Assembly (NCBI GenBank): GCA_965222075.1
Contig: OZ244937.1
Span: forward strand, 4,416,001 to 4,480,000
DNA length: 64,000 bases
Direction of reading: 5' to 3'
From: Candidatus Latescibacterota bacterium
GTDB taxonomy: Bacteria > Latescibacterota > UBA2968 > GCA-2709665
Under the pieces are notes generated by a model. That model had not been told where the DNA came from, searched no databases, and saw nothing but the letters and a program-made list of their open reading frames with translations. Positions 28,529-38,324 of the stretch are shown here, piece after piece; within the stretch, counting starts at the first letter, position 1, and every line of letters begins with the position of its first letter. Both the position numbers and the translations under genes were made by a program.

Positions 28529-29317
28529 ATGTCCGGGATTGTGACGTTGACGACCGATTTTGGCCTGCAGGATGCCTATGTGGGGGCGATGAAAGGGGTG
28601 ATTCTGGGCATTGCGCCCGGGGCCAGGCTGGTGGACCTCTGTCACCAGATTCCGTCTCAGGATGTGGCGGCGGGCGCCTTTGTGCTGTACAGCGCCTATC
28701 GATGCTTTCCGGCCGGTACGGTCCATGTGGCTGTTGTCGATCCAGGGGTGGGAAGCGCACGGCGGGGCATCCTGGTAGAGACGCCGTCCTACCGATTTTT
28801 GGGCCCGGACAACGGCCTGTTCAGCCCCATTTATGCGGCCGAGCAGGTCGAGCGGATTGTGGAGGTCCGGAACCGGGACCTGGCCCTGCCGGAGGTGAGC
28901 GCGACTTTCCACGGGAGGGATATTTTTGCCCCTGCGGTGGCCCATCTGTGCCGGGGTGTGCCAGTTGACGCGTTTGGCCCCCCGGTTTCCGATCCCGTGC
29001 GGCTGGACCTCTGGGCGGTTGCCGTGGAGGCCGGGGGGGTGAGGGGGCACATCGTACACGTTGACCGCTTCGGAAACGGCATCACAAACCTTTCCCGAAG
29101 TCAGATTGAGGCCACGGCAGGGGACCGCCCGTTGCGGGTTGAAGCAGCGGAGCGGATGTTTGACCGCCTGAGCCGGACCTATGCCGATGTGCCGGAGGGG
29201 GAGGCGCTGGTGCTCTACGGGAGTCAGGATACGCTGGAGATATCGGTCAACGGGGGAAGCGCGGAGGAGACGCTGGGGGTGCAGAGAGGGGATGGGGTGA
29301 GGGTGGTTTGGGTGTAA
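28529..29317 (+). CDS. DUF62 SAM hydroxide adenosyltransferase / chlorinase-fluorinase family
   Basis: TLTTDFG, VVDPGVG, GPDNG, SATFHGRDIFAP, DRFGN. Confidence 0.93.
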   Translation: MSGIVTLTTDFGLQDAYVGAMKGVILGIAPGARLVDLCHQIPSQDVAAGAFVLYSAYRCFPAGTVHVAVVDPGVGSARRGILVETPSYRFLGPDNGLFSPIYAAEQVERIVEVRNRDLALPEVSATFHGRDIFAPAVAHLCRGVPVDAFGPPVSDPVRLDLWAVAVEAGGVRGHIVHVDRFGNGITNLSRSQIEATAGDRPLRVEAAERMFDRLSRTYADVPEGEALVLYGSQDTLEISVNGGSAEETLGVQRGDGVRVVWV

Positions 29318-29321
29318 GGGT

Positions 29322-29381
29322 ATTGCGGGTTGCGGATTCTGTGTCTTGAGGCCTTTCAATCCGAAATCCAAAATCCGCAAT
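29322..29381. repeat. Inverted heptamer-repeat element between convergent genes
   Basis: ATTGCGG GTTGCGG ATT ... AATCCGA AATCCAA AATCCGC AAT. Confidence 0.7.
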
Positions 29382-29397
29382 TGGATGCGGGGCGTGG

Positions 29398-30081
29398 TCA
29401 GGGGAGGATGTGGAGGAGGTCGGAGATTCGGTCGATTTCGTAGTCGGAGTGTTCTTCGGAGGTCTGGGGGAGGCGGTGTTTTTGTCGGCCGTGGCGGAGG
29501 CGGGCGGTGGACATGTGGAGGCGGCTGGAGGCTGCGATTTCGGCGTCGAGTTTGTCGCCTACGGAGAGGATCTGCCGGGGGAGGAGGGCCAGGAGGGCGG
29601 CGGCACGCCGGAGGGCGGCGTCTTTGAGGGGATGCTGACGGTTGTCGTGGAGGACGAGGGTTCCCCGGGCTTCATTGAAGAAGGGGTGCAAACCGAGGAG
29701 GTGGATTTTCCGGCGCTGGCGGTCTGGACGGCCAGTGGTGACCAGGGAGAGCCGATAGCCCCTTCGCCGGAGTTCGGCGAGGGTTTCCGGGACGTCGGTA
29801 AAGGGGGAGATGGCCTCGACTTCGCTGCGGTTGTAGGCCTGAAGGGCGCCTTCTATATGTGAGGGAGAAAGGCAATAGCGCCGGCCGATTTCCCGGATCG
29901 CTCCGCCCGAGCCGTGTTCGTCTGCGAGGCGGGCCTGAAGGCGGCGTAGCGCTTCCAGGCTCAGGGTGGGGATGGCGTCGGCCAATTGTTCTGCAGCCCT
30001 CCGGCGGGCAGGGTCTGTGAGCTGTCCGGTACAGTCGAAGAGGGTGTCGTCTAAGTCGAATATGACGGCTTTAATCCCCAT
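29398..30081 (-). CDS. HAD-family hydrolase
   Basis: IFDLDDTL motif I, VTTG motif II, VGDKLDAEI motif IV; start overlaps the upstream stop. Confidence 0.88.
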   Translation of the reverse strand: MGIKAVIFDLDDTLFDCTGQLTDPARRRAAEQLADAIPTLSLEALRRLQARLADEHGSGGAIREIGRRYCLSPSHIEGALQAYNRSEVEAISPFTDVPETLAELRRRGYRLSLVTTGRPDRQRRKIHLLGLHPFFNEARGTLVLHDNRQHPLKDAALRRAAALLALLPRQILSVGDKLDAEIAASSRLHMSTARLRHGRQKHRLPQTSEEHSDYEIDRISDLLHILP

Positions 30082-32035
30082 CTTCCGGTCCCCAGTAGTC
30101 GGGCACCTCCAGGCCACAGAAGATTCGGCAGACAGCGTCGGCCACTTTGTCCGGGTCGTGACTAATAAAGTCTCCCACGCCCCGGTCCATGACGTCGGAT
30201 TGATACTCCTCTACAAGGTCGGCCACCGTGTAGGGGATGAGGGTGTTGAGCTCATCGCGATCACAGACGACCTGTTCCTTATCCTCTTTCCGGTAGCGTT
30301 TGAGGAGGGGCCCCCAGACGCGGCCTCTGGGGGTTTCGAAGACCCGGGGGTCCTGTACGAGCATGTGGTCCAAGGCGCCCTTGGCGTTTGGATCGGAGAA
30401 GTGACGGAGGATGGCCAGGAGGTGGTCGGAGGCCTTGAAGCCGTCGGTCTGGCCGGGTTGGGTGAGGATGTTGCAGACGTAGAGAGTCATCCCGCCGCTC
30501 CGGTTGAGCAGGGCGTTCTGGATGTCGGGCACTAAGAGGTTGGTAATAACGCTGGTGAAGAGGCTGCCGGGGCCCAGGACGACAATGTCGGCCTCAGATA
30601 TGGCCCGAATGGCCTCCTGAGGGGCCCGGACGCGATTGCGCGGGGGCCGGAATACCTTTCCGCGCACCGTGTGGATTTCGACCTGTCCGTTGTGGGGGGC
30701 GTCGATCCGGGAGAGGGCGCTGTTTTTCCTGTTTAGCTCCTGGAGGATGTCGCTGTTGGAGACGAGGTAGGCCTGCTTCAGCGGTGGTTTGCCCGGTTTG
30801 CGTACCATCCACTCGGTGTAGCGGTGTTCCCCGTTTTCGAGTTCTGCGCAGATGTCGACATTATCGATGCTGGCCGGCAGGACAGTGCCCCGGACGTGGA
30901 GCATGTCGCAGGCGGTTTGAATGGCTTTCTGGAAGTCGTCGAGCTGCTGGGTGAGGGCCGCAACGAGGAAGTTGCCGATGTGGTCGTTTTTGAAGATGCC
31001 GGCTTCCTGCTCGCTGTTGGGGAAGCGGTGGTGGAAGATCCTGAAGAGACCGGGTGAGACCTGCCCGGGATCGGCTAAGGCGATGAGGGCGTTTCGGATG
31101 TCTCCGGGGGGCTGCACGCCCAGGTTCCACCGGATGCGGCCGGAGGAGGCCCCCGTGTCGGTAACAGCGACCACAGCGGTCGGACTGGCGGTGTAGGTCC
31201 GGATGCCGCTCAGGACGGTGGGGAGCCCGGTGCCGCCCCCAATGGCAACGACTTGGAGGTGTTCCCGGTCTTTTCCCAGACGGGCCATGTGGAGCAGGGT
31301 AGAGAGTTGGGCCAGGTAGCGGATCTGATAGCCGGGACGGTCGCCTTCGGCGGGTTCCTCTTCGGCAAACCTCCCCCTGCGCATCCAGACGGTGGCGCAG
31401 CCGAGCCGATTTCCGGCCCGGATTTCGTCGTGTGTGCGGTCTCCCACACAGACCACTTCCCGGGGATCGAGTTTGTATTCCTCGAACAGTTCCGTGAACC
31501 AGTAGTCGTGGGAGGGGGGGCCTTCGTTTACGATTTTGTCGAAGAAGGGGGCGATGCGGAGACGGTCGATTTTGTTTTTCTGGCGTACCGGTCTGCCGAA
31601 GGTGACCAGGAAGAGGAGATAGCCCGCCTGGCGGAGTTCCTGGAAGGTCTGGACCGCGTCGGCGAAGGGTCTGAGGTCCTCTATATCTTCTCTGTTGTAG
31701 ACGTGTTCCAGCTCCGCTACAAAGGCCTCGACGGGGTCTGTTTCGGGGGTGTGGTCTTTTCCCCGGTCTTTCAGAAAGCGCTGGAAACGATCGGGTTTAT
31801 CCCGATACAGGGTTTTGGCAATGTCGTAGAAGGCGAAATAATAGGGTGAAGAGGAGTAGTAGGGGCCGTGTTTCCGCTCCAGGTCGTTGATTCGCCTGAG
31901 GGCATAGGTTCTGGAGGCGAAAAAGCCGTTGCTGTGCAAGAGGTGAGCTACCCGTCTGCGGGCGGCCCGAACCAGCGGGTTCAGGTCGAAAAGGGTGCCG
32001 TCTAAATCAAAGATAATCGCACGTACGTTTTTCAT
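30071..32035 (-). CDS. HAD hydrolase fused to YvcK/GlmR (CofD-like) domain
   Basis: N-terminal IFDLDGTL...VGDRTHDEI; C-terminal IGGGTGL, DTGASSG.IR, PPGDIRNAL, H.IGN, LGPGSLFTS, TQPGQT, HDPDKVA. Confidence 0.88.
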   Translation of the reverse strand: MKNVRAIIFDLDGTLFDLNPLVRAARRRVAHLLHSNGFFASRTYALRRINDLERKHGPYYSSSPYYFAFYDIAKTLYRDKPDRFQRFLKDRGKDHTPETDPVEAFVAELEHVYNREDIEDLRPFADAVQTFQELRQAGYLLFLVTFGRPVRQKNKIDRLRIAPFFDKIVNEGPPSHDYWFTELFEEYKLDPREVVCVGDRTHDEIRAGNRLGCATVWMRRGRFAEEEPAEGDRPGYQIRYLAQLSTLLHMARLGKDREHLQVVAIGGGTGLPTVLSGIRTYTASPTAVVAVTDTGASSGRIRWNLGVQPPGDIRNALIALADPGQVSPGLFRIFHHRFPNSEQEAGIFKNDHIGNFLVAALTQQLDDFQKAIQTACDMLHVRGTVLPASIDNVDICAELENGEHRYTEWMVRKPGKPPLKQAYLVSNSDILQELNRKNSALSRIDAPHNGQVEIHTVRGKVFRPPRNRVRAPQEAIRAISEADIVVLGPGSLFTSVITNLLVPDIQNALLNRSGGMTLYVCNILTQPGQTDGFKASDHLLAILRHFSDPNAKGALDHMLVQDPRVFETPRGRVWGPLLKRYRKEDKEQVVCDRDELNTLIPYTVADLVEEYQSDVMDRGVGDFISHDPDKVADAVCRIFCGLEVPDYWGPEDGD

Positions 32036-32221
32036 AATGCGATACCGGATTTTTAGGGGGTGCCTAGGGGTAACGTAGGAAAATCGAGGAGGAGGTACAG
32101 TCTCCCTCAAGTGGATATTTTTCAATAATGCGTTTGGACATAACGAAAGGCCCTGAAAAGAATGGGGAGGGGCAAACGAAATTTATCTTTAAGATGCGGA
32201 TTTTGCAAGGGGTTTTTGGTG

Positions 32222-33028
32222 ATGCAGATCACGTGGGGGCCGAGTAAGGGAAATTTGAAGAACGGGGCGGCAGCGGTCTGGGACGCGATCCTGGATTTTA
32301 TTTATCCGCCTCACTGTCTGCTTTGCCGGGCGCCGCTGGAGGGGAGGTGGGTCGGGTTCTGTGCGGCCTGTTGGGCAGGTTTAGAGGCGATTGTGGGCCC
32401 CCGGTGCCTCCGGTGCGGCTGCCCGATTGAGTCCGAAGCGGCCACCTGCAGGAACTGCGCAGATAAGTTATTTAAATTCAACCGGATGCGTGCTTTGTCG
32501 CCCTTCAATTTTTCTGTGCAACGGCTGATCCACATGTTGAAGTATCAGGGCAGGACCTCGGTGGGGCGGGTGCTGGGAGAGGCGCTGGGAGAGGCGCTGA
32601 AGGGGGACGTTTTGACAGCAGAAGCGCCGCTGATTCTCCCTGTACCCCTGCACGGCAGCCGGCGGCGGGAGCGGGGGTACAACCAGAGCGCCCTGATTGC
32701 CCGGGCGGCCGGAACGGCGCTGGGGCTGTCCGTTCAGGAGGGGATGCTGCAGCGTATCCGGCCCACACAGACCCAGACGGCCCTGGATGCAGAGGGGCGC
32801 AGGGCCAATGTGGCGGGCGCTTTTCGTGTGAAAGCGCCCCACCGGGTGCAGGATCGGACGATCCTGGTAATAGACGATGTCGTCACTACAGGGGCGACTG
32901 TGAACGCTTGTGCGGCGGCTTTGAAGGCCGCAGGCGCCCGGAAGGTTTATGTGGCCGCAGTAGCCTGTCCTTATTTTGACGAAAAACCGCCCGACGATGG
33001 CCGCCCGGCAGGGGTGGAAATGCGCTAG
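32222..33028 (+). CDS. comF: ComF family protein (zinc ribbon + phosphoribosyltransferase)
   Basis: Paired CxxC motifs, PVPLH, RGYNQS, IDDVVTTGAT. Confidence 0.9.
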   Translation: MQITWGPSKGNLKNGAAAVWDAILDFIYPPHCLLCRAPLEGRWVGFCAACWAGLEAIVGPRCLRCGCPIESEAATCRNCADKLFKFNRMRALSPFNFSVQRLIHMLKYQGRTSVGRVLGEALGEALKGDVLTAEAPLILPVPLHGSRRRERGYNQSALIARAAGTALGLSVQEGMLQRIRPTQTQTALDAEGRRANVAGAFRVKAPHRVQDRTILVIDDVVTTGATVNACAAALKAAGARKVYVAAVACPYFDEKPPDDGRPAGVEMR

Positions 33029-33246
33029 GGCCGGATGCGTCAGAACGGTCAACATCATACACAGGAATTGGACGTTACGGGCGGCCATCGTCGATTCCTC
33101 CTCAAGGTCATGATGCAACCGGTTTGGGCGAATGTCAAAGAAAAAGGCGCCGATCCCGGGTCCGGACCGGGGGATCGTGTCGATGTCAGGGGCCCAAAAA
33201 ATTTTATCTAACCTATTGATTCCAAATGCCGTTGCATAGAATTCTC

Positions 33247-33275
33247 TTGACACTTCGTCGGGGATGTTTTAAATT
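33247..33275 (+). promoter_or_regulatory. Sigma70-type promoter of the glycolysis operon
   Basis: TTGACA-17 bp-TAAATT upstream of pfk. Confidence 0.55.
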
Positions 33276-33433
33276 CTAAATCTTTGAGATATGGTCGATT
33301 GGGCGTCTTTAGATATTCTATACCGGAGTTTTGTGAACAAGGGGACTTGAGGCCGGGGTTCGGCTCTGGTCCCCTTTTCAGGGGTGAGGTTTACGTTTAC
33401 AGATCTCCAGCTCCTGATTTGAAGGAGATAGAA

Positions 33434-34486
33434 ATGTCTGCAAAACGCGTTGGCATTATGACCGGAGGCGGCGATTGTCCGGGCCTGAACGCTGTGATTC
33501 GTGCGGTGACCCGGAAGGGGATGGATGCCTATGGGTATGAGGTCGTGGGGGTGTTGGAAGGGTGGCGGGGGATACTGGAAAGGCTGTCGATGCCGCTGGA
33601 TCTAAACGCGGTTTCGGGTATTCTGCCTAAAGGGGGCACCATTCTGGGGACCTCCCGTACGAATCCGTTCAGGGGAGAGAACGGCCAGCAGGTCGTGATC
33701 GACAAGATGAACAAGATGGGGCTGGATGCCCTGATCGTCGTTGGAGGGGAGGACACGATTGGGGTGGCCAAGTCGCTCTACGATGAGGGGATGGCGGTTG
33801 TGGGGGTGCCCAAGACGATCGACAACGACCTGACCGGTACGGACCAGACCTTCGGATTTGATACGGCGATCAACATTGTGATGGATGCCATTGACCGGCT
33901 GCATACCACAGCAGAGTCTCACAACCGGGTGATGGTGGTGGAGGTGATGGGGCGGCACACCGGCTGGATTGCCGTGGAAGCGGGCATTGCAGGTGGGGCG
34001 GATATGGTGCTGATTCCCGAGGTGCCCTTCGATATTGACGAGGTTTGCCAGACCCTGAGGAAACGGCACGACCGGGGGAAGACGTTCAGCATTGTAGTGG
34101 TGGCCGAAGGGGCCAAGATGGCGACAGAGGAGGATGTTGACGGCAGCCTGGTGATCCAGTCGATGGAGAAGGATGCGTTTGGACATGTGCGCCTGGGCGG
34201 GGTTGGGAACCTGCTGGGCCGGGAGATCGAGAACCGGACCGGTTTTGAGACCCGTGTGACCGTGCTGGGACACATCCAGAGGGGCGGCAGCCCCACGGCC
34301 TTCGACCGGATACTGGGCACGCGGTTTGGTATTGCGGCCATCGACTTGGTTCACCAGGAGGACTTTGGAAAGATGGTGGCCCTTCGGGGGATGGAGATCG
34401 TGTCCATAGACTTGAAGGATGCCGTGGAAAAACTGCGCACGGTGGATATGGATCTTTATGAGATTGCGAAGGTCTTTTTCGGATAG
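33434..34486 (+). CDS. pfkA: 6-phosphofructokinase, group III (PPi-type signature)
   Basis: TGGGDCPGLN, GGEDT, PKTIDND, EVMGRH, LGHIQRGG. Confidence 0.93.
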   Translation: MSAKRVGIMTGGGDCPGLNAVIRAVTRKGMDAYGYEVVGVLEGWRGILERLSMPLDLNAVSGILPKGGTILGTSRTNPFRGENGQQVVIDKMNKMGLDALIVVGGEDTIGVAKSLYDEGMAVVGVPKTIDNDLTGTDQTFGFDTAINIVMDAIDRLHTTAESHNRVMVVEVMGRHTGWIAVEAGIAGGADMVLIPEVPFDIDEVCQTLRKRHDRGKTFSIVVVAEGAKMATEEDVDGSLVIQSMEKDAFGHVRLGGVGNLLGREIENRTGFETRVTVLGHIQRGGSPTAFDRILGTRFGIAAIDLVHQEDFGKMVALRGMEIVSIDLKDAVEKLRTVDMDLYEIAKVFFG

Positions 34487-34523
34487 CCAGGGCTTTGGGA
34501 GGTGGCAAAGACGCGGAGGTTAA

Positions 34524-35528
<1,005 letters not shown>

Positions 35529-35565
35529 CTTAGAAGCTGTCTTAAAACCCCCAGCGGTCTTCGCG

Positions 35566-35637
35566 CCTGCCTGCTGCCGCAGGCAAGGCAGGTCTCCGGC
35601 GGGCTGGTGCCCGTCTCCGGCTCACAGGATCGTCTCC
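35566..35637 (+). repeat. Composite palindromic repeat, copy A
   Basis: CCTGCCTG...GGCAGG + TCTCCGGCGGGCTGG...GGATCGTCTCC, shared with copies at 39415 and 50339. Confidence 0.85.
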
Positions 35638-35672
35638 CCACCCTGGTTTAAAAAAGGGAGTCCGGTTTTATT

Positions 35673-36890
35673 TTGGCCAAGCTCTCAATTACAGATCTCG
35701 ACTTAGAGGACCAGCGGGTGCTGGTCCGCGTTGATTTTAACGTCGCTCTTTCTGGGGGAGAGGTTGCCGACGATACCCGCCTGAGAGCGGCGCTGCCCAC
35801 GGTGCGGTACATCCTGGAGCATGGGGGCATGCCGGTATTGATGTCGCACCTGGGGCGGCCCGACGGTCAGGTTTCACCCGATCTCTCTTTAAAACCCGTG
35901 GCGGTGCACTTAGAGGCCCTGCTGGGGTGTCCGGTTATCCTGGCGCCCGACTGTGTGGGACCGGAGGTTGAGGCCGTAGTGAAGCGGGCATCTCCAGGGA
36001 CTGTGGTGCTGCTGGAGAACTTGCGGTTTCATCCGGGAGAGGAGGCAAACGCCCCTGGCTTTGCCTGTGGACTGGTCGAAATGGGGTCGGTCTATGTAAA
36101 TGATGCCTTTGGCACCGCCCACCGGGCGCACGCTTCCACCGAGGGGGTGACGCACTATTTTATGGTGTGCGCCGCGGGTTTTCTGATGCAGAAGGAGGTC
36201 GATTACCTGGGTGCTGCGCTTTCAGATCCGGAACGGCCCTTTGTGGCGATTCTGGGCGGGGCGAAGATTTCAGGAAAGATCGATGTGATTGAAAACCTCC
36301 TGCCGCGGGTGGATACGCTGCTGATCGGCGGGGGAATGGCCTACACCTTTTTTAAGGCAATGGGGCTGGAGGTCGGCCGGTCGATCTTAGAGACGGCCCG
36401 GGTCGAGGTTGCAGAGGCCCTGCTGAAGCGGGCCGGGGCGGAAGGGGTGAGGCTACTGCTTCCGGCCGACTGTGTGGTTGCACCGGAGCCGGCAGAGGGG
36501 GTTGAGACCCGGGTGGCGCTCAGGGATCGGATTCCTGAAGACTTAGAGGGGCTGGACATCGGACCGGAGACCCGAACGCTTTTTGCCGAGGAGATCTTGA
36601 AGGCGAAGACCGCCCTTTGGAACGGCCCGATGGGGGTGTTCGAGGTCGAGGCCTTTGCCGGTGGCACCCGGGCGGTGGCGCAGGCGCTGGCCCGGGCGAC
36701 CTCTGAAGGGGCGACGACGGTGGTGGGCGGGGGCGAGACGGCCGCAGCGGTGGTGGATTACGGTCTTGTTGACCGGCTGAGTCATGTGTCCACGGGGGGA
36801 GGCGCGTCTTTGGAGTTTTTAGGGGGGAAGGAACTGCCCGGGGTGGAGGCGCTGTCGGACAAGGAAGAGGAAGCTCAAAGTGCAAAGTGA
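35673..36890 (+). CDS. pgk: Phosphoglycerate kinase
   Basis: RVDFNV, SHLGRP, LLENLRF, NDAFGTAHRAHAS, STGGGASLE. Confidence 0.98.
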   Translation: MAKLSITDLDLEDQRVLVRVDFNVALSGGEVADDTRLRAALPTVRYILEHGGMPVLMSHLGRPDGQVSPDLSLKPVAVHLEALLGCPVILAPDCVGPEVEAVVKRASPGTVVLLENLRFHPGEEANAPGFACGLVEMGSVYVNDAFGTAHRAHASTEGVTHYFMVCAAGFLMQKEVDYLGAALSDPERPFVAILGGAKISGKIDVIENLLPRVDTLLIGGGMAYTFFKAMGLEVGRSILETARVEVAEALLKRAGAEGVRLLLPADCVVAPEPAEGVETRVALRDRIPEDLEGLDIGPETRTLFAEEILKAKTALWNGPMGVFEVEAFAGGTRAVAQALARATSEGATTVVGGGETAAAVVDYGLVDRLSHVSTGGGASLEFLGGKELPGVEALSDKEEEAQSAK

Positions 36891-37650
36891 GAATAAACGA
36901 AAGCCGATTGTGGCGGGCAACTGGAAGATGAACAAGACGACCGACGATGCGGAGGCCCTGGCCAGGGGGGTGGTTGAAGGGGTGTTGGGCCTCAGCGGGG
37001 TCGAGGTGGTGGTCTGCCCTCCCTTTACGGTGCTGGAGCGTGTGGCCCGCGTGCTGGAGGGGAGCGCGGTGAGGCTGGGGGCGCAGGATATGCACTGGGA
37101 GCCAGAGGGGGCCTACACCGGTGAGGTCTCGGCGGGGATGCTGTTGACATGTGGATGCCGTTACGTTATATTAGGACATTCTGAGCGACGGACCTATTTC
37201 GGCGAGACCGATGCAACGGTAAATCAGCGCCTTAAGGCTGCTGTTGCCGTCGGATTGGCCCCGATTGTCTGCGTTGGGGAGGCGCTGGAGGAGCGGGAAT
37301 CGGACCTGACGGATCAGGTGGTCCGAAAGCAGATTACGGGGGCTTTTGAGGGTGTGGCTGGGGAAGCGGCGCAGGCTGTGGTGGTTGCCTACGAACCGGT
37401 GTGGGCCATTGGAACGGGGTTGACGGCCACGCCGGCACAGGCCGAAGCGGTGCATGCCTTTATCCGTGAGGTGATCGGGCAGCTCTATTCTGTTGATGTG
37501 GCCGATGCGATCCGCATCCAGTACGGCGGGTCGGTGAAACCGGAGAACGCTGCCGACCTTTTTACGCAGCCCGATATTGACGGGGGGTTGATTGGCGGGG
37601 CGTCCCTTCAGGCCGATGTTTTGGCCGATATTGTAAAGGCGGTGCTGTAG
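36880..37650 (+). CDS. tpiA: Triosephosphate isomerase
   Basis: AGNWKM, GHSERR, AYEPVWAIGTG, YGGSV, GGASL. Confidence 0.98.
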   Translation: MQSENKRKPIVAGNWKMNKTTDDAEALARGVVEGVLGLSGVEVVVCPPFTVLERVARVLEGSAVRLGAQDMHWEPEGAYTGEVSAGMLLTCGCRYVILGHSERRTYFGETDATVNQRLKAAVAVGLAPIVCVGEALEERESDLTDQVVRKQITGAFEGVAGEAAQAVVVAYEPVWAIGTGLTATPAQAEAVHAFIREVIGQLYSVDVADAIRIQYGGSVKPENAADLFTQPDIDGGLIGGASLQADVLADIVKAVL

Positions 37651-37678
37651 ACGTGGGGCCGAATGAGGAGTATATGGA

Positions 37679-38026
37679 ATGCAAACTTTCATGCTGATTA
37701 TCCACATTCTGGTTTGTATCGTTCTGATTGTTGTCATTCTCCTCCAGTCGAGCAAAGGAGGGGGGCTGGCAGGGGCGTTCGGTGGGGCCGGCGGTCAGGC
37801 CGGGGCTATGTTTGGAGGGACCGGGGCTGCAACGTTTCTGAGCAAGGTCACCCGGTGGCTGGCGGTGGTCTTTTTCCTGACCTGTCTGGGACTTTGGTAC
37901 ACCTCCCGCAGCGACGATATGCTGCCGGAGACGGCCTCCCAGCGGGTGGGCAGGGAACAGAGGGGGCCAACGGTGCCCGCAGAAAGCGCCCCGGCCGAGG
38001 AAAAGCCCGCCGATACCGGGAGGTAG
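37679..38026 (+). CDS. secG: Preprotein translocase subunit SecG
   Basis: ILLQSSKGGGLAGAFGG, two TM helices, conserved position after tpiA. Confidence 0.95.
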   Translation: MQTFMLIIHILVCIVLIVVILLQSSKGGGLAGAFGGAGGQAGAMFGGTGAATFLSKVTRWLAVVFFLTCLGLWYTSRSDDMLPETASQRVGREQRGPTVPAESAPAEEKPADTGR

Positions 38027-38043
38027 GCCGTTTGAAACCGGGT

Positions 38044-38130
38044 GCCGAAGTGGTGGAATTGGTAGACACGCTGTCTTGAGGGGGCAGTGAGGCACGCCTC
38101 GTCGGGGTTCGAATCCCCGCTTCGGCACCA
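38044..38130 (+). tRNA. tRNA-Leu (GAG)
   Basis: GCCGAAG/CTTCGGC acceptor stem, long variable arm, GTTCGAATC T-loop, encoded CCA, anticodon loop TT-GAG-GG. Confidence 0.97.
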
Positions 38131-38141
38131 TAATGAAAACA

Positions 38142-38172
38142 AAGGCTTACGTCGATTTGACGTAAGCTTTTT
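38142..38172 (+). terminator. Rho-independent terminator after tRNA-Leu
   Basis: GCTTACGTC-GATTT-GACGTAAGC followed by TTTTT. Confidence 0.8.
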
Positions 38173-38324
38173 CTGTTAGCAGCCGGTAGTCTTTTCAGCT
38201 CATATTTATCTCCCGATATTTTCAAAGTGTAAACGCAAGACGGTCTTGACTTTCTGCTTGACATCTGCCAAATTCCACCCCATCATGTCCATAATGCTTA
38301 CTGTAGAAGACCAGGAGGGAAACG

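Noticed and set aside
28529-29317. DUF62 protein as a fluorinase/chlorinase
   Set aside because: Short form retaining the DPGVG/R and FHGRD residues typical of the widespread SAM hydrolase branch; housekeeping context.
38280-38310. GTCCATAATGCTTACTG as a possible dif site at the skew switch (also partial matches near 32135 and 26935)
   Set aside because: Only one arm resembles dif in each case; CATAAT is better explained as a -10 box.
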